NCBI GenBank assembly: GCA_965250005.1
Contig: OZ252279.1
Location: 150,001-182,000, forward strand
DNA from: Demequinaceae bacterium
Lineage (GTDB): Bacteria > Actinomycetota > Actinomycetes > Actinomycetales > Demequinaceae
Reading direction: 5' to 3'
DNA length: 32,000 bases
Shown in pieces: positions 17,234 to 26,518 of the stretch. The translations under genes and the position numbers were made by a program. The notes beneath the pieces were generated by a model. It was not told the DNA's origin, searched no databases, and saw nothing but the letters and a program-made list of their open reading frames with translations. The stretch's first letter is position 1. The number at the start of each line of letters is the position of its first letter.

Positions 17234-18084
17234 GCCACGTCGCTGTCCCCAAGACGTACAAGCTCTATATCGGCGGCAAGTTTCCCCGGAGCGAATCCGG
17301 CCGCGTCTATGAGGTGACGACGGCGAAGGGTGCGTTTATCGCCAACGCTGCCATGGCATCGCGCAAGGACGCCCGCGATGCGGTCACGGTCGCTCGCGCC
17401 GCGTTCTCCGCATGGGCTGGGGCAACCGCCTACAACCGTGGCCAGGTGCTCTACCGCATTGCCGAATTGCTCGAGGGCCGTCGCGCCCAGTTTGTAGAAG
17501 AACTGTGCCTGACTGACGGAATCGCCGTTTCGGCGGCTGGAAAGCAGGTCGACGCTGCGATTGACACGTGGGTTTGGTACGCGGGTTGGGCGGACAAATA
17601 CGTGCAGGTGGCTGGCAACGGAAACCCGGTGAGCGGCCCGTACTTTAACATCTCCACCCCGGAGCCGACGGGGGTCGTTGCCATCATCGCGCCGGAGCAG
17701 CAGGGGCTTCTCGGATTGGTGAGTGTCATCGCGCCCGTGATCCTCAGCGGCAATACGGTTGTCGTGGTCGCGAGTGAGAAATCACCGCTGAGTGCGATCA
17801 GTCTCTCGGAGGTGTTCGCAACCAGCGACGTGCCGGCCGGAGTGGTCAACGTGCTCACCGGTTCTGCGGCCGAGATCGCGCCGTGGCTCGCTAGCCACGG
17901 CGATATCAACGCGATTGATCTGGCTGGTGCCGAATCGATGGACTGGATCGACTTGCAGATCGCTGCGGCCGACACGCTCAAGCGGGTGCTGCCGCCCGAG
18001 GGCGGGGTGCCGGAGCAGAGCGTGGCGCGCGTCGCTTTCTTCACCGAGACGAAGACCGTCTGGCACACCAAAGCCCTCATCTGA
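17230..18084 (+). CDS. Short aldehyde dehydrogenase-like protein lacking catalytic region
   Basis: 284 aa; KTYKLYIGGKFPRSESGRVYEVT, NRGQVLYRIAELLEGRR, WVWYAGWADKYVQVAG, EPTGVVAIIAPEQQGLLGLVSVIAPVILSGNTVVVVASEKSPLSAISLSEVF; no LELGG or NQGxxCxA segment; ends RVAFFTETKTVWHTKALI. ATGA overlap with upstream gene. Confidence 0.85.
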   Translation: MSHVAVPKTYKLYIGGKFPRSESGRVYEVTTAKGAFIANAAMASRKDARDAVTVARAAFSAWAGATAYNRGQVLYRIAELLEGRRAQFVEELCLTDGIAVSAAGKQVDAAIDTWVWYAGWADKYVQVAGNGNPVSGPYFNISTPEPTGVVAIIAPEQQGLLGLVSVIAPVILSGNTVVVVASEKSPLSAISLSEVFATSDVPAGVVNVLTGSAAEIAPWLASHGDINAIDLAGAESMDWIDLQIAAADTLKRVLPPEGGVPEQSVARVAFFTETKTVWHTKALI

Positions 18085-18158
18085 GGCTTGTCGAGTACAT
18101 CGACGGCGATGCGGTGGCGCTCATCGGCCTAACTGACGGCTACGTGTAGGTTCGTCAA

Positions 18159-18313
18159 CTCCATGCCCAACGTCGCCCGTGCGTCGGCTTCGAGCAAGGC
18201 CCGCGTGTTCTCGCGGCGGGGGCCGCCACCGCGACGTTGCAATTCACGCGGACGATCGCCTCCGGATAGGCCTTGACTTTCGGTTCGGTGCCTGATTGCC
18301 GGACGATCACGCG
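18159..18313 (-). pseudogene. C-terminal remnant of a phosphomannomutase/phosphoglucomutase-type sugar mutase
   Basis: Minus-strand frame reads RVIVRQSGTEPKVKAYPEAIVRVNCNVAVAAPAARTR (family consensus RVVVRPSGTEPKLKxYxE...V), then an adjacent frame continues RRENTRALLEADARATLG; no upstream catalytic domains on either frame. Confidence 0.65.
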
Positions 18314-18363
18314 GGGGGACCGATTCGGTTGCGAGGTGGCGCCTGGGCATGGATCGCAGCGCC

Positions 18364-18392
18364 GCGATAACGGGCCCCGCGGCGGCGTTATC
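18364..18392. repeat. Inverted repeat, 7-bp arms, intergenic
   Basis: CGATAAC (18364-18370) ... GTTATCG (18386-18392), 15-nt GC-rich spacer. Confidence 0.5.
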
Positions 18393-18503
18393 GGCACAGA
18401 AATCGGAAATAACATACCAAGACCCCCCATAATCTCGATAATGATGTGACAAATGTGACTCAGGGGGTTGATTTGACGGGTGGGACGGTGCGAGGGTGGC
18501 GTC

Positions 18504-19484
18504 ATGTCCGCGACTATGACGACGCGAGCGAGTGACCTGCTCGACTCTTTCGACAGATTCCTGCGCCACGAGCGTGGGCTGTCCGTCAACACCGTGCGCG
18601 CCTACACTTCTGACGTTCTTCACCTCGCCGAATACGTGGCACAACTCGCGGGGTCCGACGCCGACCGGGACGCGGAGCAGGCCGCGTTGCTGAAAGAAGA
18701 CTCGACCGACAGAGTGCTGGAGCGCGTCGATCTTGCGGCCCTGCGAGCGTGGCTCGCGGCTCAAGCGGCGGGTGGTCTCACCCGCACGACCCTTGCGCGC
18801 CGAGGCGCCGCGGCCCGAGCTTTCTACGCGTGGGCCTGCGAGGCGGGAAAGGTCACCGCCAACCCCGCGATCCGGCTCGCGTCAGCCCGCGCCGCCATCA
18901 CTGTGCCGTCTGTGCTCACCCCCGAGGATGTTGAGGCGATGCTCAACAGCGCGAAGGAGCGCGCAGAGGAATCGGAAGACCCGCTCGACACCCGCGATTG
19001 GGCGGCCGCCGAGTTGCTCTACGCCACCGGCATGCGCGTCGGCGAACTCGCCACCATCGACATGGGAGACCTCGATCTTGCGACGCGGTTGGTGCGGGTC
19101 ATGGGCAAGGGCAGCAAGGAGCGAATGGTGCCGTTCGGCGTCCCCGCCGCCAGCGCCCTCTCCGCATGGATTGACTCCGGGCGTCCGCGCATCGTGCGGG
19201 CCGCCACCGACTCCGCACTTTTCTTGGGTCGCCGTGGAAGCCGCGTCGACCAGCGCCAGATTCGCGAGGCCGTGCACTCGTTGGGCGCTGCGGTTGGCCT
19301 GGAGGACGTGGCGCCCCATGCGCTACGCCACAGCGCTGCTACGCACTTGGTGCACGGCGGATCCGATCTTCGCTCAGTTCAGGAAGTGTTGGGGCACGCC
19401 AGCCTCAGCACCACGCAGAGATACACGCATGTGTCCGCCGATCGCCTCCGGGCGTCCTACCAACTCGCGCACCCGCGCGCTTAG
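18504..19484 (+). CDS. xerC: Tyrosine recombinase, XerC/XerD-like
   Basis: N-terminal SAM-like FLRHERGLSVNTVRAYTSDVLHL; catalytic ATGMRVGELATIDMGD, GKGSKERMVPFG, PHALRHSAATHLVHGGSDLRSVQEVLGHASLSTTQRYTHV. Confidence 0.93.
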   Translation: MSATMTTRASDLLDSFDRFLRHERGLSVNTVRAYTSDVLHLAEYVAQLAGSDADRDAEQAALLKEDSTDRVLERVDLAALRAWLAAQAAGGLTRTTLARRGAAARAFYAWACEAGKVTANPAIRLASARAAITVPSVLTPEDVEAMLNSAKERAEESEDPLDTRDWAAAELLYATGMRVGELATIDMGDLDLATRLVRVMGKGSKERMVPFGVPAASALSAWIDSGRPRIVRAATDSALFLGRRGSRVDQRQIREAVHSLGAAVGLEDVAPHALRHSAATHLVHGGSDLRSVQEVLGHASLSTTQRYTHVSADRLRASYQLAHPRA

Positions 19485-19492
19485 GGAGAGTC

Positions 19493-20332
19493 ATGTCAGA
19501 CCTCAACTCCGTGCTTCAAGAATTCGAGTTTGCGGACGAACCGCTGTTCACGGTCGTCCCGCCCACCTCGGAGCAGGTCGAGGGCTGGTGGAAGGCTCTT
19601 CACGGCCGCCGCAAGGCGCCGGCCGCCCAAGCGCGCGAGGATCTCATCACGCACTACGCGCCGCTTGTCACGAGCATCGCTGGTCGAATGATCGTGCGGC
19701 TGCCCGACTCGGTTGAACTTGGCGACCTGGTCTCCTACGGCATGTTCGGCCTGATTGACGCGATTCAGAAATTCGACCTGGAGCGCGGCTTCAAGTTCGA
19801 AACGTACGCCGCGACTCGGGTGCGCGGCGCGATCATCGACGAAATCCGCTCCACCGACTGGGTGCCGCGCTCGGTGCGCAGCAAAGCCCGGGTAGTGGAG
19901 ACGGCCACCCGCAAGCTCGAGCAGTCGCTCATGCGTCCCGTGAGCGACGAAGACGTCGCTGACATACTCGACTGGGACGTGGCCGAGGTGCGCACGGTCC
20001 GCGCCCAGGTGGCGCTGTCGCACATCGCTGCGCTCGACGGCATCAGCAACGAGGACACGGAACACACCTACGAGCGCACGGCAGCGAGCCTGCGGACTCC
20101 GTCCGCCAGCGAGCCCGTGCATGTGCGCGAAACGCACACGCTGCTGTTCCGGGCGATCGGCGAGGTGCGCGACCGCGAGCAGGAAGTGCTGCGCCTGTAC
20201 TACTTCGAAAACATCACGCTCGCGCAAATAGGCAAGGTGCTAGGCGTAACTGAATCCCGCGTCTCGCAGATTCACACCGCGGCAGTGAAGAAGCTGCGCG
20301 AGTCCCTCGTGAGCACCGGCGCGTTCGACTAA
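19493..20332 (+). CDS. whiG: RNA polymerase sigma factor, FliA/WhiG family
   Basis: LGDLVSYGMFGLIDAIQKFDLERGFKFETYAATRVRGAIIDEIRSTDWVPRSVRSKAR (regions 2.x/3), LYYFENITLAQIGKVLGVTESRVSQIHTAAVKKLRESL (region 4). Confidence 0.9.
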   Translation: MSDLNSVLQEFEFADEPLFTVVPPTSEQVEGWWKALHGRRKAPAAQAREDLITHYAPLVTSIAGRMIVRLPDSVELGDLVSYGMFGLIDAIQKFDLERGFKFETYAATRVRGAIIDEIRSTDWVPRSVRSKARVVETATRKLEQSLMRPVSDEDVADILDWDVAEVRTVRAQVALSHIAALDGISNEDTEHTYERTAASLRTPSASEPVHVRETHTLLFRAIGEVRDREQEVLRLYYFENITLAQIGKVLGVTESRVSQIHTAAVKKLRESLVSTGAFD

Positions 20333-20336
20333 CCGT

Positions 20337-20876
20337 TCATTCCACTGGAAGCAGGCGCACGGTACCGTACCCGTGCATCACGTCCAGCGGGTTGATGTAT
20401 TCGCCATAGAGCCTCACGCCCCAGTGCACGCAGGCGCGTGGGGTGCAATGGCCAGGTGCCTCAGCGACCACTCCGATCACGTCGCCCGCGCCCACCACGT
20501 CACCTACGCTCACGTTCACATCGACTGGTTCGACGCTCGACACCAGCCCCGCGCCGTGCGCCACCGTCACCACCCCGCGGTCCACAACCACCCCGGCGAA
20601 CGTGACCGTTCCTGAGCCTGGGCTGAGCACATCCTGGCCCGCACGTGCCTCGAGATCGATTCCGCGGTGCCCCGCTAGCCATCGTTTGGCGGGCCGCTCA
20701 AACAGCCGCTCGGCCCTCACCGGGCTGACAGGTGCGTCAAGCCTCGTGGCTACGTGCGCTCGCGCCCCAGTTCCAGCGCCCGCGTGAGCCCCCGACCCCC
20801 CAAGCGAACCCGCCAACGCAAGGATGAGTGACAACCCGGCCACCCTTGCTGCGCCGGTCGAAACCCGTGTCTTCAT
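20337..20876 (-). CDS. M23 (LytM-type) metallopeptidase-domain exported protein
   Basis: N-term signal VAGLSLILALAGSLGGSGAHA; AGHRGIDLEARAGQDVLSPGSGTVTFAGVVVDRGVVTVAHGAGLVSSVEPV..VGDVVGAGDVIGVV...CVHWGVRLYGEYINPL. Confidence 0.88.
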   Translation of the reverse strand: MKTRVSTGAARVAGLSLILALAGSLGGSGAHAGAGTGARAHVATRLDAPVSPVRAERLFERPAKRWLAGHRGIDLEARAGQDVLSPGSGTVTFAGVVVDRGVVTVAHGAGLVSSVEPVDVNVSVGDVVGAGDVIGVVAEAPGHCTPRACVHWGVRLYGEYINPLDVMHGYGTVRLLPVE

Positions 20877-21176
20877 GTGTACAACGTGACCGCACCATCG
20901 GCGCGGCGCGGCCTGCGCTCCAACAAACGGGGGGCGCCGCCCGCGCTCTGACCGCCTGTGGACATCGGGCGGTGCGCGCCCATCCGCCTCTCAGGTAAGA
21001 TTCACCCAGCGGTCGGAGAAATCTGACTGACTTCGCGCATCTAATCGCGACCCACGCGCAGCGGCCCTAGGGCCAACGCGAGGGGGTAGCGACGGGGAGG
21101 CGTGGTCCGGACTTGTCCGGTGCCGCCCCGCGTAGATGCCAGGGGCAAGGCCACCTGGCCGTGCCGACAACTCAAT

Positions 21177-21220
21177 GCGGGCCCACAGCCCGCCGCACAC
21201 ACGTGCGCCCGCCACGGGCG
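21177..21220 (+). promoter_or_regulatory. Two GC hairpins in the rpsB leader
   Basis: GCGGGC-ccaca-GCCCGC (21177-21193) and CGCCCG-cca-CGGGCG (21206-21220), immediately upstream of RBS gaaagga and ATG 21235. Confidence 0.45.
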
Positions 21221-21234
21221 TCGAAAGGAATGCC

Positions 21235-22266
21235 ATGGCCGTAGTGACCATGCGCCAGATGCTTGACTCGGGTGTCCATTTTGGGCACCAGACCAGCCGC
21301 TGGAACCCCAAGATGAAGCGCTTCATTTTCACCGAGCGCAATGGCATCTACATCATTGACCTGCAGCAGTCCATCCAGATGATCGACGACGCGTTCACGT
21401 TCGTGCGCGACACGGTCGCTCACGGCGGCAACGTGCTGTTCGTAGGAACCAAGCGCCAGGCGCAGGAGCCCATTGCCGAGCAAGCAGCACGCGTCGGCAT
21501 GCCATTCGTGAACGAGCGCTGGCTGGGCGGAATGCTCACCAACTTCCAGACCGTGAACAAGCGCGTCGCGCGTCTCAAGGAGCTCGAAGAGGTTGATTTT
21601 GACGATGTCGCCGGGTCGGCACACACCAAGAAGGAACTTCTCATCATGCGCCGCGAGAAGACCAAGCTCGCCAAGGTGCTCACCGGTATTCGTGACATGG
21701 CCAAGACGCCGTCGATCGTGTGGATTGTCGACACCAACAAGGAGCACCTCGCAGTCGAAGAGGCAGCCAAGCTCGGCATCCCCGTTGTCGCCATGCTCGA
21801 CTCCAACTGCGACCCGGACAAGGTCCAGTACGGCATCCCGTCCAACGACGACGCGATCCGCTCGGTGGGACTCCTCACACGCGTGATCGCCGACGCCGTG
21901 GCCGAGGGCCTCAAGATGCGCCACGCTCCCAAAGCTGAGGACGCCGAGGGTACCGAGGGTGACGCGACCGAACCTCTTGCCGAGTGGGAGCAGGAGCTCC
22001 TGGGTGGCGACACCGAAGGCGACAAGAAGGACGACACGGCCAAGGCTGACGCCAAGGCTGACGCCAAGGCTGACGCCAAGGCTGACGCCAAGGCTGACGC
22101 CAAGGCTGACGCCAAGGCTGACGCCAACAAGAAGCCCGCAGCCAAGAAGGCGCCCGCAAAGAAAGCAGCAGCGAAGAAGGCTGACGCCGACAAGAAGCCC
22201 GCAGCGAAGAAGGCGCCCGCAAAGAAGGCAGCGGCCAAGGCCGCAGCCAAGGCCGACGAGAAGTAA
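21235..22266 (+). CDS. rpsB: 30S ribosomal protein S2 with long Lys/Ala/Asp-rich C-terminal tail
   Basis: [46 protein letters not shown]..., [15 protein letters not shown]; start ATG 21235 with GAAAGGA RBS. Confidence 0.96.
   Translation: MAVVTMRQMLDSGVHFGHQTSRWNPKMKRFIFTERNGIYIIDLQQSIQMIDDAFTFVRDTVAHGGNVLFVGTKRQAQEPIAEQAARVGMPFVNERWLGGMLTNFQTVNKRVARLKELEEVDFDDVAGSAHTKKELLIMRREKTKLAKVLTGIRDMAKTPSIVWIVDTNKEHLAVEEAAKLGIPVVAMLDSNCDPDKVQYGIPSNDDAIRSVGLLTRVIADAVAEGLKMRHAPKAEDAEGTEGDATEPLAEWEQELLGGDTEGDKKDDTAKADAKADAKADAKADAKADAKADAKADANKKPAAKKAPAKKAAAKKADADKKPAAKKAPAKKAAAKAAAKADEK
22039..22122 (+). repeat. Tandem repeat, 7 perfect copies of 12-bp GCCAAGGCTGAC (AKAD) in rpsB
   Basis: Directly counted in sequence; encodes AKAD x7. 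Confidence 0.95.
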
Positions 22267-22277
22267 GGACACGACAC

Positions 22278-23117
22278 ATGGCTAACTACACCGTTGCAGA
22301 CATCCAGGCGCTCCGCGAGCGCACGGGTGCGGGCATGCTCGACGTCAAGAAGGCTCTCGACGAGACCGATGGCGATATCGATGCAGCTGTCGATGTGCTT
22401 CGCGTCAAGGGACTCAAGGGCGTCACCAAGCGCGAGGGCCGCAGCGCCTCCGAGGGCCTCGTTGTCTCCGAGATCCACGACGGTGGTGCCGGTCAGATCG
22501 GCACGCTGATCGAGATCAACTCTGAGACTGACTTTGTGGCGAAGAACGACAAGTTCATCGCCCTCGCCGAGGACGTCCTCAAGGCCGTTGTCGCGGCCGA
22601 CGCCACCGACGCCGAGTCCGCACTCGCGGCCGACGCCGGAGGCAAGACCGTCCAGCAGCTTATTGACGAGACGGCCGGCGTTCTGAGCGAGAAGATCGTT
22701 CTGCGCCGCGTTGCCCGAGTCGAAGCGCCGGTGGTCGCCACGTACCTGCACCGGACCAACAAGGACCTCCCCGCTCAGGTGGGCGTCCTCGTAGGAGCAG
22801 ATGCTAAGGCTGGCGAGGTAGCACGCGACATCGGCATGCACATCGCGGCATACTCGCCCACGTACCTCAACCGCGATGAGGTCCCTGCTGACACGGTCGC
22901 GCACGAGCGCAAGGTGGCCGAAGAGACCGCGAAGGGTGAGGGCAAGCCTGAGGCTGCCATGCCCAAGATCGTCGACGGCCGAATGACCGGGTTCTTCAAG
23001 GAGAACTGTCTGACAGAGCAGGCTTACGCCAAGGACTCCAAGACCACGGTTGCTAAGGTCATCGAGGCAACCGGCGGCGAGGTTACTGCGTTCGCCCGCT
23101 TCCGCGTGGGAGCCTAA
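22278..23117 (+). CDS. tsf: Elongation factor Ts
   Basis: [60 protein letters not shown]... Confidence 0.96.
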   Translation: MANYTVADIQALRERTGAGMLDVKKALDETDGDIDAAVDVLRVKGLKGVTKREGRSASEGLVVSEIHDGGAGQIGTLIEINSETDFVAKNDKFIALAEDVLKAVVAADATDAESALAADAGGKTVQQLIDETAGVLSEKIVLRRVARVEAPVVATYLHRTNKDLPAQVGVLVGADAKAGEVARDIGMHIAAYSPTYLNRDEVPADTVAHERKVAEETAKGEGKPEAAMPKIVDGRMTGFFKENCLTEQAYAKDSKTTVAKVIEATGGEVTAFARFRVGA

Positions 23118-23152
23118 GACACAACCTGACCAGCACGCCGCGCCAAGGAGGA

Positions 23153-23902
23153 ATGATGTCGGACAAGGATGTTCAACCCGGCGTTGACACCCCTCCCACG
23201 GCGCGGCGCGTGCTGATCAAACTTTCAGGCGAGACATTCGGAGGCGGCGAAGTTGGCCTCGCCCCCGATGTTGTCCAGCGCCTCGCGCACGAGGTCGCCG
23301 ACGCCGTCCACCAGGGAGTGCAGGTAGGCGTCGTCGTGGGCGGTGGCAACTTCTTCCGCGGCGTTGAACTGTCGGAGCGCGGCATGGAACGCGCCAGAGC
23401 CGACTACATGGGCATGCTGGGCACGGTCATGAATGCCCTCGCCCTGCAAGACTTCCTTGAGCAGGCCGGTGTCGACACGCGCGTGCAGACGGCCATCACC
23501 ATGGGGCAGGTCGCGGAGCCGTACATACCGCGACGTGCGATGCGCCACATGGAAAAGGGTCGCGTTGTGATTTTTGCCGCGGGGGCGGGCATGCCGTACT
23601 TCAGTACGGACACTGTCTCGGTCCAGCGCGCGCTCGAGACCCGTTGCACAGAGGTGCTGATGGGCAAGAACGGCGTGGACGCCGTTTACACCGCAGATCC
23701 CGCCAAGGACCCGAAGGCCGAGCGCATCGCCAACATCACCTACCGCGAGGCACTGCAGCGCGGCCTGAACGTGCTGGACTCGACCGCATTCAGCCTCTGC
23801 ATGGATAACGAAATGCCCATGCTCGTGTTTGGACTCGAAGAACCGGGTAACGTGACGCGTGCGCTTCTCGGTGAGAGAATCGGGACCCTGGTGACGGCCT
23901 AA
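23153..23902 (+). CDS. pyrH: UMP kinase
   Basis: [89 protein letters not shown]. Confidence 0.95.
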   Translation: MMSDKDVQPGVDTPPTARRVLIKLSGETFGGGEVGLAPDVVQRLAHEVADAVHQGVQVGVVVGGGNFFRGVELSERGMERARADYMGMLGTVMNALALQDFLEQAGVDTRVQTAITMGQVAEPYIPRRAMRHMEKGRVVIFAAGAGMPYFSTDTVSVQRALETRCTEVLMGKNGVDAVYTADPAKDPKAERIANITYREALQRGLNVLDSTAFSLCMDNEMPMLVFGLEEPGNVTRALLGERIGTLVTA

Positions 23903-23927
23903 GCCGCCACCCAAGGAAAGGACAGCC

Positions 23928-24485
23928 GTGATCGACGACACCCTCCTCGATGCCGAGGAACACATGGACAAGGCGGTCGAGGTCGCTAAGAACAGCTTCT
24001 CGGAAATCCGAACTGGCCAGGCGTCCGCCTCTATATTCGCAAACATCATGGTCGACTACTACGGCGCGATGACTCCCATCCAGCAGCTGGCGTCCATCAC
24101 CACGCCAGAGGCGCGCACGGTTCTGATCGCGCCGTACGACATGGGCGCGATCGGCGAGATCGAGAAGTCGCTCCGCAACTCCGATTTGGGCGTGAGCCCC
24201 ACGAACGACGGCAACGTATTGCGTATCAACATGCCGCAGCTCACGGAAGAGCGCCGCAAGGAATATGTGAAGCTGGCCAAGTCCAAGGCGGAAGACGCCA
24301 AGATTTCGATTCGCAACCTGCGCCGCAAAGCGAAAGACGCAATCGACTTGTCGGTCAAAGACGGCGAGGTTGGCAAGGACGACGGCCAGCGCGCAGAGAA
24401 AGAGCTCGACTCCCTCACGAAGAAACACACGGACACTATTGACCAGCTGCTTGCCCACAAGGAGAGCGAGCTGCTAGAAGTCTGA
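23928..24485 (+). CDS. frr: Ribosome recycling factor
   Basis: MIDDTLLDAEEHMDKAVEVAKNSFSEIRTGQASASIFANIMVDYYGAMTPIQQLASITTPEARTVLIAPYD... Confidence 0.95.
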   Translation: MIDDTLLDAEEHMDKAVEVAKNSFSEIRTGQASASIFANIMVDYYGAMTPIQQLASITTPEARTVLIAPYDMGAIGEIEKSLRNSDLGVSPTNDGNVLRINMPQLTEERRKEYVKLAKSKAEDAKISIRNLRRKAKDAIDLSVKDGEVGKDDGQRAEKELDSLTKKHTDTIDQLLAHKESELLEV

Positions 24486-25345
24486 TGTCCAAGAGGAAGA
24501 CGGTGGCGGTGTCCGCACGCAAGAAGGGCGGGCGCAACAAGGGGCGCAACCTGTGGGTGGCGACGCCCGTCGGCCTTGCGATACTTGCGTTGGTGCTGGG
24601 GTCCGCGTTCTACAGCGAGCTGCTCTTCTCCGTGGTGGTCTACGGCTTCGCAATCGCGTCCTACCCCGAGTGGCGCCGCGCGCTAATGCGCCAAGGCCGG
24701 CTCATCTCCCTGACGCCCATCATCGCTGGCACCATCGGCATCGCAATCTCGACGTGGTTCAACGGCCGCGAGGGCCTGGTGGTGTCGCTGCTGGTTGCGA
24801 GCGCCGGGGCAATCGCCTGGCGCCTGGTGGACGAGTGGCTCGAGGACACCCTGCACGACGCGCTGGCGACCGTGCTCACGCTCGTCTGGATTCCATTCCT
24901 GTTGTCCTTCATGGTTCTCATGGAGCAGGCGGACGACGGCTGGATTCGCATCACAATCTTTGTGTTCGGCATCGTAGGCAACGACACCGGCGGGCTGCTG
25001 TTCGGCATGCTCTTTGGTAAGCACCCGATGGCACCCAAGATCAGCCCCAAGAAGACCTGGGAGGGCGCGATCGGCGGAGCGGTGCTGGGCATCGGCCTCG
25101 CGACCGCCGCGAGTTTCTACTTCTACGACGGCGAGTGGCGAACGGGGCTGATCGTGGGCGGCGTCACGGTGATCGGAGCCGTGCTCGGCGACCTGGTGGA
25201 GTCGGCGCTCAAACGCGACATCGATATTAAGGACATGGGGGACTCCCTCCCCGGACACGGGGGCATCCTCGACCGGATTGACTCCGCGTTGATTGCGGCC
25301 CCGATGGCGTACGTGGCGTTCGCTTTGCTGCTCGGGTTTCAATAA
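24485..25345 (+). CDS. cdsA: Phosphatidate cytidylyltransferase
   Basis: Polytopic membrane protein with GNDTGGLLFGMLFGKHPMAPKISPKKTWEGAIGG and DSLPGHGGILDRIDSALIAAP (CdsA signature). Confidence 0.94.
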   Translation: MSKRKTVAVSARKKGGRNKGRNLWVATPVGLAILALVLGSAFYSELLFSVVVYGFAIASYPEWRRALMRQGRLISLTPIIAGTIGIAISTWFNGREGLVVSLLVASAGAIAWRLVDEWLEDTLHDALATVLTLVWIPFLLSFMVLMEQADDGWIRITIFVFGIVGNDTGGLLFGMLFGKHPMAPKISPKKTWEGAIGGAVLGIGLATAASFYFYDGEWRTGLIVGGVTVIGAVLGDLVESALKRDIDIKDMGDSLPGHGGILDRIDSALIAAPMAYVAFALLLGFQ

Positions 25346-25375
25346 TTCCGTGGCGTCAGCGACAATAGACCCCTC

Positions 25376-26518
25376 ATGACCGAGCCCGCACCCATGCCGT
25401 TGCAGATGGCCGCCCCCAAGCGGGGCAAGCCGCCGCGTCACTTCGCCGACCTCACAGCCGACGAACGCGCCTCCGCCGTCGAGGGTCTGGGACATCACGC
25501 GTTCCGCGCCAAGCAACTCGCGACCCACTACTTCACACATCTGAACGTAGACGCGGACGCCATGACGGACCTGCCCGCGTCGGCGCGCGAAGCCCTCGTC
25601 GAGGATCTGTTCCCGCCCCTGATGACCGAGGTGCGGTCTATCTCAACGGACAGCGGCGACACCAAGAAGACGCTGTGGAATCTGCACGACGGGGTCAAGG
25701 TTGAATCCGTGCTCATGAACTATCCCGGCCGCGCAACTCTGTGCGTAACCAGCCAGGCGGGGTGCGGAATGGCGTGCCCGTTTTGTGCGACCGGCCAGAT
25801 GGGGCTGACGCGAAACTTGAGCGCTGCCGAGATTATCGAGCAGGTGCGGCTTGCGGCCCGCGCGACCCGCGACGGTGCATTCGCCGTCAACGGCGAGGAT
25901 CCCGCGGACGCGTCTGTGCGCCTGAGCAACGTGGTGTTCATGGGCATGGGCGAGCCGCTCGCCAACTACCGGGCCGTGCTCACGGCCGTGCGCACGCTCA
26001 TCGCGCCCGAGCCCGAGGGCCTTGGCCTGAGCGCCCGCCACGTCACGGTGTCCACGGTCGGTCTGGTGCCCGCTATGGACAAGCTCACCAAGGAAGGCAT
26101 CCCTGTCACGCTCGCGCTGTCGCTTCACGCTCCGGATGACGAACTGCGTAGTGAACTAGTCCCGGTCAATACGCGTTGGAGTGTTGACGAGGCGCTCGAC
26201 GCGGCCAAGCGGTTCTTTGACGCGACCGGCCGGCGGGTCAGTATTGAGTATGCGTTGATCCGCGACATTAACGATCAGGCGTGGCGAGCCGATATGTTGG
26301 GTAGGAAGCTTATGGAACGCGGCACGGGTTGGGTGCACGTTAACCCCATTCCTCTCAACCCGACGCCGGGAAGTAAGTGGACAGCGAGCGACCCTGAGGT
26401 TGAACGTGAGTTCGTGCGGCAACTCGAAGCACGTGGCGTTCCCACCACAATCAGGGATACTCGTGGCAGTGACATTGATGGAGCATGCGGCCAGTTGGCT
26501 ACCAAGGAGCAGGAATGA
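25376..26518 (+). CDS. rlmN: Dual-specificity RNA methyltransferase RlmN (radical SAM)
   Basis: [76 protein letters not shown]. Confidence 0.95.
   Translation: MTEPAPMPLQMAAPKRGKPPRHFADLTADERASAVEGLGHHAFRAKQLATHYFTHLNVDADAMTDLPASAREALVEDLFPPLMTEVRSISTDSGDTKKTLWNLHDGVKVESVLMNYPGRATLCVTSQAGCGMACPFCATGQMGLTRNLSAAEIIEQVRLAARATRDGAFAVNGEDPADASVRLSNVVFMGMGEPLANYRAVLTAVRTLIAPEPEGLGLSARHVTVSTVGLVPAMDKLTKEGIPVTLALSLHAPDDELRSELVPVNTRWSVDEALDAAKRFFDATGRRVSIEYALIRDINDQAWRADMLGRKLMERGTGWVHVNPIPLNPTPGSKWTASDPEVEREFVRQLEARGVPTTIRDTRGSDIDGACGQLATKEQE

Noticed and set aside
18364-18392. Intergenic inverted repeat as a Rho-independent terminator
   Set aside because: There is no U-tract on either strand and the loop is 15 nt, so it is listed only as a repeat.
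21172-22272. Minus-strand 366-aa ORF with [13 protein letters not shown] repeats
   Set aside because: It is the antisense reading of the AKAD repeat in rpsB, not an independent repeat protein.
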